From an uncultured Bacillota bacterium (lineage in GTDB: Bacteria; Sysuimicrobiota; Sysuimicrobiia; Sysuimicrobiales; Segetimicrobiaceae), in contig CAWDRG010000020.1 in the NCBI GenBank assembly GCA_963804645.1, positions 1-64,000 on the forward strand: a stretch of DNA of 64,000 nt, written 5' to 3'. Shown here piece by piece: positions 19,116 through 27,948 of the stretch (the stretch's first letter is position 1; each line of letters starts with the position of its first letter). A program made the translations under genes and the position numbers. The notes under the pieces were generated by a model. The model did no database searches. It had not been told where the DNA came from and was given only the letters and a program-made list of their open reading frames with translations.

Positions 19116-21044
19116 ATGGGTATGCGGATCGACCGCCGTGGGTTTCTCCGGCTGTCCGCCCTCGCTACTGCCGGAGCCGTCTCGACGATCTACTTCCCGA
19201 CCAACGGGGCGAAGCGCGCCCTGGCCGCGACCGCGTCGAAGTACCAGGAAGCGCCGATGCTGGCGGACCTGGTGAAGCAGGGGAAGCTCCCGCCGGTGGA
19301 CCAGCGGCTACCCGCCTCAGAGGATGTCCTGGTCGTCCGCCCCATCGATGAGGTGGGAGAGTACGGCGGCGTGTGGCGGCTCGCGTGGAAGGGGCCCGCA
19401 GATTTTCACGCCTACGGACGCGAGAACTACGAGGCGGTGGTGCGCTGGCCGCGCAATCCGAAGGATCCGATCCAGCCGGGGCTCGCGAAGCGGTGGCAGT
19501 TCAGCGACGGCGGGAAGACGATTACGCTCTATTTCCGCAAGGGGCTGAAATGGTCGGACGGGCAGCCCTGGACCGTCGACGACATCATCTTCTGGTGGGA
19601 AGACATCGAAACCAACAAGGAGCTGAACGCGGCGCCCCACACGGAGTGGGTCGTGAACGACCAGCCGATGACGCTGGAGAAGATCGACGACCTCACCATC
19701 AGCCTCAAGTTTGCCGCGCCGAACGGGATGGTGCTGTCGATGCTGGCGTTCCACGGAAACCAGTGGCCGCTCAACTTCGAGCGATTCGGCTTCTTCGTCC
19801 CGTCGCACTATCTCAAGCAGTACCATCCGAAGTACAACAAGACCATCACTGACTACAAGCTGTTCAACCAGATGGCCGACGACCTCAACCCGGACCGGCC
19901 GTCGATGGCCCCGTGGCCGGTGTCGACGTACCGCCCGGGCGACGCCAAGCTCATCGCGTCGCGCAATCCCTACTACTGGAAGGTCGACCCCAAGGGGCAG
20001 CAGCTGCCCTACATCGATCGCCTCGAGCTGACGCTGGTCGAGAACAACGAGGCGGTGGCGAGCCAGGCGCTGACCTGTCAGATCGACATGCAGTACCGCG
20101 GCATGGATCTGAATAAGTTTCCGCTGTTCGTGTCGAAGGGCCAGGACTGCGCGTACCGCGTCGTCAAATGGCTCTCGGCGTCCGGCAGCCAGCTCCTCTT
20201 CTGGCCGAACCAGAGTTACGACGGGGACGATGTGCTTCGGAAGATCTTCCAGGACCGAAACTTCCGCATCGGGCTCTCGCTGGCGATCGACCGCAACAAG
20301 ATCAATACCGTCGCGTACCTGGGGCAGGGACAGATCAACGCCCCCACGGTGGTGCCGGACTCGGCGTACTACCCAAACAACGTGGCGAAGCTGTACCAAA
20401 ACTACGACGTGCGCATGGCCGGGCAGTCGCTCGACAAGGCGGGGCTGAAGATGGGGCCGGACGGGAAGGTTCGCCTCAGGCCCGACGGAAAGCCGCTCGA
20501 GGTCGTGATCGAGACCCAGCTGCAGGGGGCGGACCTGGACGCGATCGAGCTGGTTGCGGCCGATTGGACCGCGCTGGGCGTCAAGACCGACATCAAGACG
20601 ATGTCGCGAGACCTGTACTGGCCGCGGGCGACCGGCAATCAGGTCCAGATCGCGACGTGGAACGGCGACCGCGGGCTCGAGCCGTTCGTGGATCCGATCT
20701 ACGTGTTCCCGTTCGACGAGCGGTCGTGGATGGCTCCGGCGTTCGGGGTGTACTACAAGACCAACGGGGCGAAGGGTGAGAAGCCGGTCGGGTCGCTGGC
20801 CCAGGCCCAAGCGCTGTACGACCAGTTCCGGGGCACGGTCGACCGGGGCAAGCAGGTCGCGATCGGCAAACAGCTAATTCAGATGGCGGTTGAGGAAGTG
20901 ACGACGATCTGCACCGTCGGGCTGGTTCCCGTGCCGCTGATCGTCGACAATCGGATGAAGAACGTGCCGGACCACTACGTGCAGGACTGGATCATCTTTT
21001 CGCCGGGCAATCTGGATCCATGCCACTTCTTCTATAAGGCATAG
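19116..21044 (+). CDS. ABC substrate-binding protein (family 5), Tat signal
   Basis: DRRGFL Tat motif; EAPMLADLV..GKLPPVDQRLP, GLKWSDG, RNPYYWKVD..GQQLPYID. Confidence 0.93.
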   Translation: MGMRIDRRGFLRLSALATAGAVSTIYFPTNGAKRALAATASKYQEAPMLADLVKQGKLPPVDQRLPASEDVLVVRPIDEVGEYGGVWRLAWKGPADFHAYGRENYEAVVRWPRNPKDPIQPGLAKRWQFSDGGKTITLYFRKGLKWSDGQPWTVDDIIFWWEDIETNKELNAAPHTEWVVNDQPMTLEKIDDLTISLKFAAPNGMVLSMLAFHGNQWPLNFERFGFFVPSHYLKQYHPKYNKTITDYKLFNQMADDLNPDRPSMAPWPVSTYRPGDAKLIASRNPYYWKVDPKGQQLPYIDRLELTLVENNEAVASQALTCQIDMQYRGMDLNKFPLFVSKGQDCAYRVVKWLSASGSQLLFWPNQSYDGDDVLRKIFQDRNFRIGLSLAIDRNKINTVAYLGQGQINAPTVVPDSAYYPNNVAKLYQNYDVRMAGQSLDKAGLKMGPDGKVRLRPDGKPLEVVIETQLQGADLDAIELVAADWTALGVKTDIKTMSRDLYWPRATGNQVQIATWNGDRGLEPFVDPIYVFPFDERSWMAPAFGVYYKTNGAKGEKPVGSLAQAQALYDQFRGTVDRGKQVAIGKQLIQMAVEEVTTICTVGLVPVPLIVDNRMKNVPDHYVQDWIIFSPGNLDPCHFFYKA

Positions 21045-21131
21045 CCGAGAGATCGGCGGAGCGGTAGGCGGGCGGCGCCGGGACGCGCCGCCTGCGCATC
21101 GCGCCCCGCGCTGGAGCAGGGAGGAACTGGG

Positions 21132-22115
21132 ATGACCAGGTATGTCGTCCGGCGTCTCCTGGCCATGATCCCGACACTCTTTCTGGTGTCGATTGCCTGC
21201 TTCATTATCATTCAGTTGCCGCCTGGAGATTTCGTGACCTCGCTGGCGGCGCAGACGGCGGGCTCAGGATCGAGCGCAGATCAGGCGACGCTGGACAACC
21301 TGCGCCATCAGTACGGCCTCGATCAGCCCAAATACATCCGCTACATCAAGTGGGTCTCCGGATTCGCGCACGGCGACTTCGGCTACTCGTTCGAATGGAA
21401 GCGGCCGGTCGCCCAGTTGATCGGGGACCGGCTCGGGCTCACGCTGCTGCTCTCCACGTTGTCCCTCGCGCTGACGTGGCTGATTGCGGTGCCCGTCGGC
21501 GTCTACTCGGCGACGCACCGGTACTCGGGCCTGGACCACGCGCTGACGGCCTTCGCGTTCCTCGGGCTGTCCATCCCCGATTTCCTGCTGGGATTGATGT
21601 ACCTGGCGATCGGCATCTTCGTCTTCCAAATGTCGGCCACCGGCCTCGTGTCGCCGCGGTTCGCGGACGCGCCCTGGTCGTTCGCCAAGCTCGCCGATGT
21701 GGCGAACCATCTCCTGTGGCCGTCGATCATCCTCGGCCTGGGCGGCATGACGCAGCTGATTCGCATTCTCCGCGGCAGCATGCTTGAGGTGACCAACCAG
21801 CAGTTCGTCACCACCGCCCGCGCCAAAGGCCTGGACGAGCGGGTGGTGATTCACAAACACGCGCTGAAGGTAGCAATCAATCCGCTGGTGAGCGTGATGG
21901 GCCTGCAGTTGCCGCAGTTGATCTCGGGCGCCACGATCCTTGGGATCGTGCTGTCGATGCCGACGACCGGCCCCATGTTCGTGCGTGCGCTGATCAGTCA
22001 GGATATGTATCTCGCCGGGACGTTTCTGCTGTTTCTGGCGCTGATGCTGATGATGGGCAATCTGCTGGCCGATGTGGCCCTGGCGTGGATCGATCCCCGG
22101 ATTCGTTACCAATGA
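21132..22115 (+). CDS. ABC permease (DppB/OppB type)
   Basis: YVVRRLL, LPPGDF, FVTTARAKGL, IDPRIR. Confidence 0.93.
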   Translation: MTRYVVRRLLAMIPTLFLVSIACFIIIQLPPGDFVTSLAAQTAGSGSSADQATLDNLRHQYGLDQPKYIRYIKWVSGFAHGDFGYSFEWKRPVAQLIGDRLGLTLLLSTLSLALTWLIAVPVGVYSATHRYSGLDHALTAFAFLGLSIPDFLLGLMYLAIGIFVFQMSATGLVSPRFADAPWSFAKLADVANHLLWPSIILGLGGMTQLIRILRGSMLEVTNQQFVTTARAKGLDERVVIHKHALKVAINPLVSVMGLQLPQLISGATILGIVLSMPTTGPMFVRALISQDMYLAGTFLLFLALMLMMGNLLADVALAWIDPRIRYQ

Positions 22116-23263
22116 GCGTCGTCGGGAAACCCACTGCCTCGACGGTCCCCGCCGGGATGCCGGCGGCGGTCGCGTCGGCGTCCGATGCCGGCCGGGGGGT
22201 CGTTCGCACGCGGGGGCAGCTCATGTGGCGGCGGTTTCTCCGCAACCGCGCCGCCGTCGTCGGCGGCATCGTCGTGCTCGCGTTCTATGCCACCGCGCTG
22301 TTCGCCAACTTCGTGGCTCCCTACGGCCTCGATCAGCGGTTCATCGAGTACCTGTACGCGCCGCCGCAGGCCCTGCACGTCGATGTCCGGACCGGGCTCT
22401 ACGTCTATGGCCTGCAGCGCCACGTGAATCCCGATACGCTCCTGACGACATACACCCTCGACCGCAGCCGGAAGCTGCCGGTGCGCTTCTTCGTGCGTGG
22501 CGAGCCATACGTGCTGGCCGGCGTGCTGCCGTCCGATGTGCACCTGTTCGGGGTCGACGCCGCGGACATGGGCGTGTTTCCGCTCGGCACCGACCGGCAG
22601 GGACGCGACATGCTGTCGCGCATCCTCATCGGCAGCCAGATGTCCTTGACGATTGGCCTGGTGGGCGTGTTCCTCAGCCTGATCATCGGGTCGGTGCTCG
22701 GGGTGTTCTCCGGGTACTACGGCGGCTGGATCGACGAGGTCGTGCAGCGCCTGATCGAGGTCATCCGGTCATTCCCCGCGATCCCGTTGTGGATGGCGCT
22801 CAGCGCCGCGCTGCCGCAGTCGTGGTCCCCCGTCAGCGTGTACTTCGCGATTACGGTGATCTTGTCGGTGATCGGATGGACGTGGCTGGCCCGGCAGCTG
22901 CGGGGGAAGGTCCTGGCCTTGCGCGAGGAAGAATTCGTCACCGCGGCGCGCGTCATGGGAGCGAGCGACGGCCGCATCATTTTTAGGCATCTGCTGCCGC
23001 AGGTGTTCGGACACATCGTCGTCATCGCCACACTCGCGCTGCCGGGCATGATCCTCGCCGAGACGGCCCTCTCGTTTCTGAACCTCGGGCTGCGGCCGCC
23101 GCTGACGAGTTGGGGCGTCCTCCTGCAGGAGGCGCAGAATCTGGAGAGCCTGCGGAACTTTCCCTGGCTGCTGATGCCCGCGGCGTTCATTTCCGCGGCC
23201 GTGCTGGCGTTCAACTTCTTCGGGGACGGCCTCCGAGACGCGGCCGACCCGCGCGCGGCGTAG
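22112..23263 (+). CDS. ABC permease (DppC/OppC type)
   Basis: ATGA overlap; LGTDRQGRD, EEFVTAAR..GAS, GDGLRDAADP. Confidence 0.93.
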   Translation: MSVVGKPTASTVPAGMPAAVASASDAGRGVVRTRGQLMWRRFLRNRAAVVGGIVVLAFYATALFANFVAPYGLDQRFIEYLYAPPQALHVDVRTGLYVYGLQRHVNPDTLLTTYTLDRSRKLPVRFFVRGEPYVLAGVLPSDVHLFGVDAADMGVFPLGTDRQGRDMLSRILIGSQMSLTIGLVGVFLSLIIGSVLGVFSGYYGGWIDEVVQRLIEVIRSFPAIPLWMALSAALPQSWSPVSVYFAITVILSVIGWTWLARQLRGKVLALREEEFVTAARVMGASDGRIIFRHLLPQVFGHIVVIATLALPGMILAETALSFLNLGLRPPLTSWGVLLQEAQNLESLRNFPWLLMPAAFISAAVLAFNFFGDGLRDAADPRAA

Positions 23264-23331
23264 CGCACGACCCGCGGGCGCGGCCCGCGCGGAGACCATT
23301 CCGGGCCGCGCCGGCCCACGGGGGGGAGCGC

Positions 23332-24456
23332 ATGCGCATCAAGGACGTCACGGTCCGGGGGTTCCGCCACCCATCCCACACGGTGCGGGACGCCGAGGGG
23401 CACCGACACCCGGGCCCGGTGCACGAGGTCGTGCAGACGCTGACGACGATCACGACCGACGACGGCGTCGCGGGGCACTGCTTCGGGGGCAGCGAGGCCC
23501 TCTGCCGCGTGGTCGCGCCGATGCTGGCGGGGCAGGATCCGCTCGACCGGGAGCGGCTGTGGCAGACGCTGCGCCGCTACCAGCGCCTCGTCGGGGAGGT
23601 CCTGACCGACCGCAACCTCGCGGTGATCGACCTTGCGCTCTGGGATCTCATCGGCCAGGCCCTCCACCAGCCGGTGTTCAAGCTGCTCGGCGCCTACCGG
23701 GATTCGGTGCCGGCCTACGGCAGCACGATGTGCGGCGACGATCTGCCCGGCGGCTTGAGTTCGCCGGAGGAGTACGCCGACTTTGCGCAGGCGCTCCTCG
23801 CGGTGGGGTATCCGGCGATCAAGCTGCACACGTGGATGCCGCCGCTCGGCCCGGACCCCCGGCGTGATGTCGCCGCATGCCGCGCCGTGCGCGAGCGGGT
23901 CGGCCCGGATGTGCGCCTGATGCTGGACTGCTACCACGACTACAGCCGCACCGACGCGCTCTACATCGGCCGCGCGCTCGAGGAGCTTGGCTTCTACTGG
24001 TTCGAGGAGCCGATGAACGAGCAGAGCATGAGCTCGTACGTCTGGCTCACCCGCGAGCTGCGCATTCCGGTCGTCGGGCCGGAGACGCTGGACGGCAAGA
24101 TGCACGCGCGCGCGGAATGGCTCGTCGCCGGCGCCTCCGACATCAGCCGGTACTCCTCGCTGCTCGGCGGCATTACCCCGGCGATGAAGGCGGTCGCCCT
24201 GTGCGAATCGTTCGGCGTGCCGCTCGAGATGCACGGGGCGAACCCCGGCAACCTGCAGGTGCTCGGCGCGATGGGCATTCCGGGGGAATACTACGAGCGC
24301 GGCCTGCTCCATCCGTTCGTCAACTACGAGGACGCCACCCCGTGGCTGCACGAGCTCTTTGATCCTGTTGATCGCCACGGGAACGTGCGCATCTCCCAGA
24401 AGCCCGGCCTTGGGTTGGACGTGAACTGGGACTACATCGAACGCCAGAAGGTGTGA
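23332..24456 (+). CDS. Mandelate racemase/muconate lactonizing family enzyme
   Basis: DLALWDL, IKLH, LMLDC, WFEEP, GPE, EMHG, PGLG. Confidence 0.9.
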   Translation: MRIKDVTVRGFRHPSHTVRDAEGHRHPGPVHEVVQTLTTITTDDGVAGHCFGGSEALCRVVAPMLAGQDPLDRERLWQTLRRYQRLVGEVLTDRNLAVIDLALWDLIGQALHQPVFKLLGAYRDSVPAYGSTMCGDDLPGGLSSPEEYADFAQALLAVGYPAIKLHTWMPPLGPDPRRDVAACRAVRERVGPDVRLMLDCYHDYSRTDALYIGRALEELGFYWFEEPMNEQSMSSYVWLTRELRIPVVGPETLDGKMHARAEWLVAGASDISRYSSLLGGITPAMKAVALCESFGVPLEMHGANPGNLQVLGAMGIPGEYYERGLLHPFVNYEDATPWLHELFDPVDRHGNVRISQKPGLGLDVNWDYIERQKV

Positions 24457-24513
24457 GGCCGGTCCGGTGCACCGCGATGCGCCAAGGTCCGGGCCGCTGT
24501 CGTCGGACGGAGG

Positions 24514-26325
24514 CTACTTGAACGTTGCGCCGGCCTGCAGCAGCAGATGTTCTGCGATCGGGCCGAGGGCGAGCGCGGGCAAGAAGCTCAGCGTGCCGAC
24601 GAGGATGAGTACCGCGACAAGCCAGAGGACGAACTGCCACGCATCGGTCGGGAGGGTGCCTGGACCGGCGGGCCACTGTTTCTTCCCGACCATTGATCCC
24701 GCGATTGCCAGCGCTGGGATCGCCACCCAGAAGCGTCCGGCCAGCATGACCATGGCGCCGAACACGTTGTAGAACGGTGTGTTGCCGGTCAGCCCCGCGA
24801 ATGCGCTGCCGTTGTTGTTCGACATCGACGTGAAGGCGTAGAGGATCTCGCTGAACCCGTGCGGCCCGGGGTTCGACGGGCCCGCCCGCCCCGCCGCGGT
24901 GAGCACCGCGATTGCCGTTGCGGTGAGGGCGACCGCCGGCATGATGATCACGACCAGGGTTGCCATCTTCATCTCGAACGCTTCGATCTTCTTGCCCAGG
25001 TACTCGGGGCTGCGTCCGATCATGAGCCCAGCCGCGAACGCCGCCACGAGGACGTACACGAGCATTCCGTAGAGCCCCGACCCGACGCCGCCGTAGATGA
25101 CCTCGCCGGTGTGCATCAGGAACAGCGGGACGAACCCTCCGGCCGGCGTGTAGGAATCGTAATCCGAGTTGGCCGAGCCGTTCGACGCTGCGGTGGTGAG
25201 CGCCGTCCACAACGCCGAGGCGGCGATCCCAAACCGCGCCTCCTTCCCCTCCATGTTGCCGCCCGGCTGCGCCGTCGTCGCCCGCTGGTCAACGCCCGCC
25301 GGGGTGAGCAGCGGATTGCCGGCCTGCTCCACGCTGACGGCCCCCACGAGCAGCGGCACGAAGATCACCGTCATCGCGGCGAGCAGCGCCCAGGCCTGTT
25401 TCGTGTTCCCGACCATCCGGCCAAACAGATAGCATGACCCGATCGGGATCAGGGCCATTGCCACCGTCTCGAAGAAGTTGGACAGCGGGGTCGGATTCTC
25501 GAACGGGTGCGCGGCATTCACGTTGAAGAAGGCACCGCCGTTCGTGAGCTGCCTGATCGCGACCTGCGAGGCCACGGGGCCCAGGGCAATCTGCTGCCCG
25601 GTGACTGTGACCGTCTGGGTCTTTGGCCGGCCCTTACTGTCGAGCACCGGTTTCCCGTTCGCGCCGGTCACCGGCCGCGTGTACGAGGTCGCTTCCATCA
25701 GCGTCGCGGTCCGGTACGGCGACAGCGTCTGGACGACGCCCTGGGACACGAGGAACAGGGCGAAGACGGCGGCGAGCGGCAGGAAGATGTACAGCGTGCC
25801 GCGCACGAGATCCACCCAGAAGTTGCCGATGGTCCGGCCCGACGTGCGCGCCACGCCGCGGAACAGCGCGACCATGATCGCCAGCCCGGCCCCGGAGACG
25901 AAGGCTTTCGGCACGAACCCCGCCATCTGCGTCAGGTAGCTCATTGCCGTCTCGCCCGCGAAGTTCTGCCACTCGGTGGCGCTCACGTACGACGCCGCGG
26001 TGTTGAAGGCGAGGATGGGATCGATCGACGCAACGTGCTGCGGGTTGAATGGCAGCGCAGCCTGGAGCCGCAGCATCGCGTACAGCAGCAGCATGCCGGC
26101 GACGGTGAAGCACAAGAGTGCGCCGGCGTACGTCTGCCACTCCATCTCCTGCTCCGGCCGTACGCCGGCGCAGCGGTACAGGAGCCGTTCCACCGGTCGG
26201 AGCAGCGGGTCGAGCCACGTGCGCTCGCCCTGGTAGACCCGCGCCATGTAGGCTCCGACCGGTTTGGCCGCGAGCAGCAGCACGACCATGACGGCGGCAA
26301 TCTGCAGCCAGCCGAGAGTGGTCAC
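24514..26325 (-). CDS. kdpA: KdpA paralog with altered filter motifs
   Basis: Colinear with the kdpA at 27945: [45 protein letters not shown]. Has ATEWQ and LTNGGAFF at filters 1 and 2. Confidence 0.95.
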   Translation of the reverse strand: MTTLGWLQIAAVMVVLLLAAKPVGAYMARVYQGERTWLDPLLRPVERLLYRCAGVRPEQEMEWQTYAGALLCFTVAGMLLLYAMLRLQAALPFNPQHVASIDPILAFNTAASYVSATEWQNFAGETAMSYLTQMAGFVPKAFVSGAGLAIMVALFRGVARTSGRTIGNFWVDLVRGTLYIFLPLAAVFALFLVSQGVVQTLSPYRTATLMEATSYTRPVTGANGKPVLDSKGRPKTQTVTVTGQQIALGPVASQVAIRQLTNGGAFFNVNAAHPFENPTPLSNFFETVAMALIPIGSCYLFGRMVGNTKQAWALLAAMTVIFVPLLVGAVSVEQAGNPLLTPAGVDQRATTAQPGGNMEGKEARFGIAASALWTALTTAASNGSANSDYDSYTPAGGFVPLFLMHTGEVIYGGVGSGLYGMLVYVLVAAFAAGLMIGRSPEYLGKKIEAFEMKMATLVVIIMPAVALTATAIAVLTAAGRAGPSNPGPHGFSEILYAFTSMSNNNGSAFAGLTGNTPFYNVFGAMVMLAGRFWVAIPALAIAGSMVGKKQWPAGPGTLPTDAWQFVLWLVAVLILVGTLSFLPALALGPIAEHLLLQAGATFK

Positions 26326-26403
26326 GCGACCCTGTTCAAACCCGAGGAATGTGCGGGGGACGTGTGAACCGCGTCCTCTGCGAAGTGGACGGAGCGGCTG
26401 CGG

Positions 26404-26556
26404 CTAGCGCCGTCGGGATCGTGGCGAGTACAGTCTTGCGGATGTGCTGGCCGTCCGGAGGATGGGGATGGGGCGGGGCTTCGACCGCCGGTCAAGGATC
26501 CGCAGGCAGGAACCCAAGGATAACAAGACGGCGCCGACAAGCAGTGCGTCCGACAC
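26404..26556 (-). CDS. Small peptide upstream of the kdpA paralog (50 aa), resembling 27768-27860
   Basis: GAGAGGTG RBS, GTG start; MSDALLVGAVLLSLGSCLRILDRR... shares the MxD-hydrophobic-SC-LDR pattern. Confidence 0.45.
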   Translation of the reverse strand: MSDALLVGAVLLSLGSCLRILDRRSKPRPIPILRTASTSARLYSPRSRRR

Positions 26557-26643
26557 GTTCGTCACCTCTCAGCGAAGCGCGGGCGTCAAACTCTGCTCCG
26601 AGTCACCCGCGCGCGGACATCGTGGTCCGCAGGCTTCCGCGCC

Positions 26644-26710
26644 ATCCTACCACGGACCGGCGTGGCGGCGGCGTTAAGATATCGTGTCGGGGCGCTACGA
26701 TGTTGTGACG
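26644..26710 (-). promoter_or_regulatory. Candidate KdpE-dependent promoter of the kdpA paralog
   Basis: CGTCAC-5-CGTAGC-15-CTTAAC-5-CGCCAC-12-TAGGAT, with TGn extended -10. Confidence 0.55.
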
Positions 26711-26737
26711 CCCCCATTGGAGGGGACGCGAAGCGAA

Positions 26738-26803
26738 ATTAATCGAGGTTTAACGGCGGAGGCCTCCACCGTAACGCCGCCGTAGCGCGGGTGGTGGTAT
26801 CGT
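26738..26803 (+). promoter_or_regulatory. Candidate KdpE-dependent promoter of the USP gene
   Basis: ATTAAT-5-TTTAAC-15-CGTAAC-5-CGTAGC-11-TATCGT, with TGn extended -10. Confidence 0.6.
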
Positions 26804-26846
26804 GCATGCGACGGCGCACAGACGCCCCCGAGGGGTGGACACTTGT

Positions 26847-27581
26847 ATGTCACGTCGCATGACGAGCACGCTGGATCGCGTCCGGCCGGATGCAGCCTTT
26901 GACCACCGCCCCGGAGCGCCCCTGGGCAGCGGGGATGCCCCGGAGATCGTGTTCGGCGTGGAGGGCGATTCGAACGACGGGCGCGCCATCCGTGCGCTGC
27001 CGAGCCTGTGCTGGGGCATGGAGCACGCAAGTGTCCGGCTGCGCATCGTCCACGTGGTGACCGTGCCGATGACGTTGCCGCTCGACGCGGAACTCCCCGA
27101 GGCCGACGCAGCGGCGGCGGGCATCCTCGGCCGCGCGAACTTTGCGGCCGCGTCGGTCGGTATCCCGGCGCGGACCGGGACGGTGAGGGCCCGGAGTGTC
27201 GCCGGTGGGCTGATCGAGGCCGCACGGCGATCCTCGGCGAGAGGGATCGTGGTGCCGCTGCACCGCCGCGAGGGTGTCGGGGCGCACGTGATCTTGAGCC
27301 GCACCGCGCGGACGTTGCTCACATCCGCCTCGTGCCCCGTCTATCTCCTGCACCTTCCACACGGCGACCTCGATGGCGGGCCCGTCGATGCGGTTGGGAC
27401 GTCCCGGCGCCGGCACGGGGTCCGCAACTGGCTGGCATCTCTCTGGGAGAAGTTCCTCGTCGCATGCGTGATCGCGGAGACGAGCGCGTTCGAGCTCTGC
27501 GGGACGTGCGTGTCCGCCCGCCCGTATCTTGAGGAGACGATGCGGATCCTTGAACTCGGCCGCATCACCCCGAGGGCCTAG
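26847..27581 (+). CDS. Universal stress protein domain protein with C-terminal extension
   Basis: LRIVHVVTVPMTLPLDA, ARSVAGGLIEAA, LSRTARTLLTSASCPVYL. Confidence 0.75.
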   Translation: MSRRMTSTLDRVRPDAAFDHRPGAPLGSGDAPEIVFGVEGDSNDGRAIRALPSLCWGMEHASVRLRIVHVVTVPMTLPLDAELPEADAAAAGILGRANFAAASVGIPARTGTVRARSVAGGLIEAARRSSARGIVVPLHRREGVGAHVILSRTARTLLTSASCPVYLLHLPHGDLDGGPVDAVGTSRRRHGVRNWLASLWEKFLVACVIAETSAFELCGTCVSARPYLEETMRILELGRITPRA

Positions 27582-27624
27582 CCTCCTGCTCGACACGTGC
27601 GGCCTTCCGAACAGTGCCCCCGAG

Positions 27625-27691
27625 ATTAACAAAACATTAATGCCCTTCGCTCCGGCCGTAATGGCTCTGTAATGCCGTTCGATGATACCGT
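27625..27691 (+). promoter_or_regulatory. Candidate KdpE-dependent promoter of the kdpFABC operon
   Basis: ATTAAC-5-ATTAAT-15-CGTAAT-5-TGTAAT-12-TACCGT, with TGn extended -10. Confidence 0.65.
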
Positions 27692-27767
27692 GGCGGAGTA
27701 ATTGACGCCGCGGTGCGGGTTGTGCGCGCGGCGGGCGGGGCACGGGGACAGGGGAGGGTGGTCATCG

Positions 27768-27860
27768 GTGGCGGACGTCGAGCTCATTGTGCTTACGTTG
27801 GTGTTCTTTTTCTCGTGCGTGCTGATGGTCGAGGGCCTCGACCGGCTGATGGGACGGTGA
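27768..27860 (+). CDS. 30-aa membrane peptide preceding kdpF
   Basis: GGGGAGG RBS; MADVELIVLTLVFFFSCVLMVEGLDRLMGR; below the ORF-track size cutoff. Confidence 0.7.
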   Translation: MADVELIVLTLVFFFSCVLMVEGLDRLMGR

Positions 27861-27864
27861 CGAC

Positions 27865-27948
27865 ATGGTCGTGATCGCAGGCGTGCTCTCGCTCGCGCTG
27901 CTGGGATATTTGATCTGCGCACTGTTGAAGCCAGAGTGGTTTGTATGA
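27865..27948 (+). CDS. kdpF: K+-transporting ATPase subunit F
   Basis: [31 protein letters not shown] overlap with kdpA. Confidence 0.9.
   Translation: MVVIAGVLSLALLGYLICALLKPEWFV

Noticed and set aside
26326..26367. KdpF-like LFKPEE on the plus strand
   Set aside because: Wrong strand for the adjacent kdpA, with no hydrophobic helix or start; likely chance.
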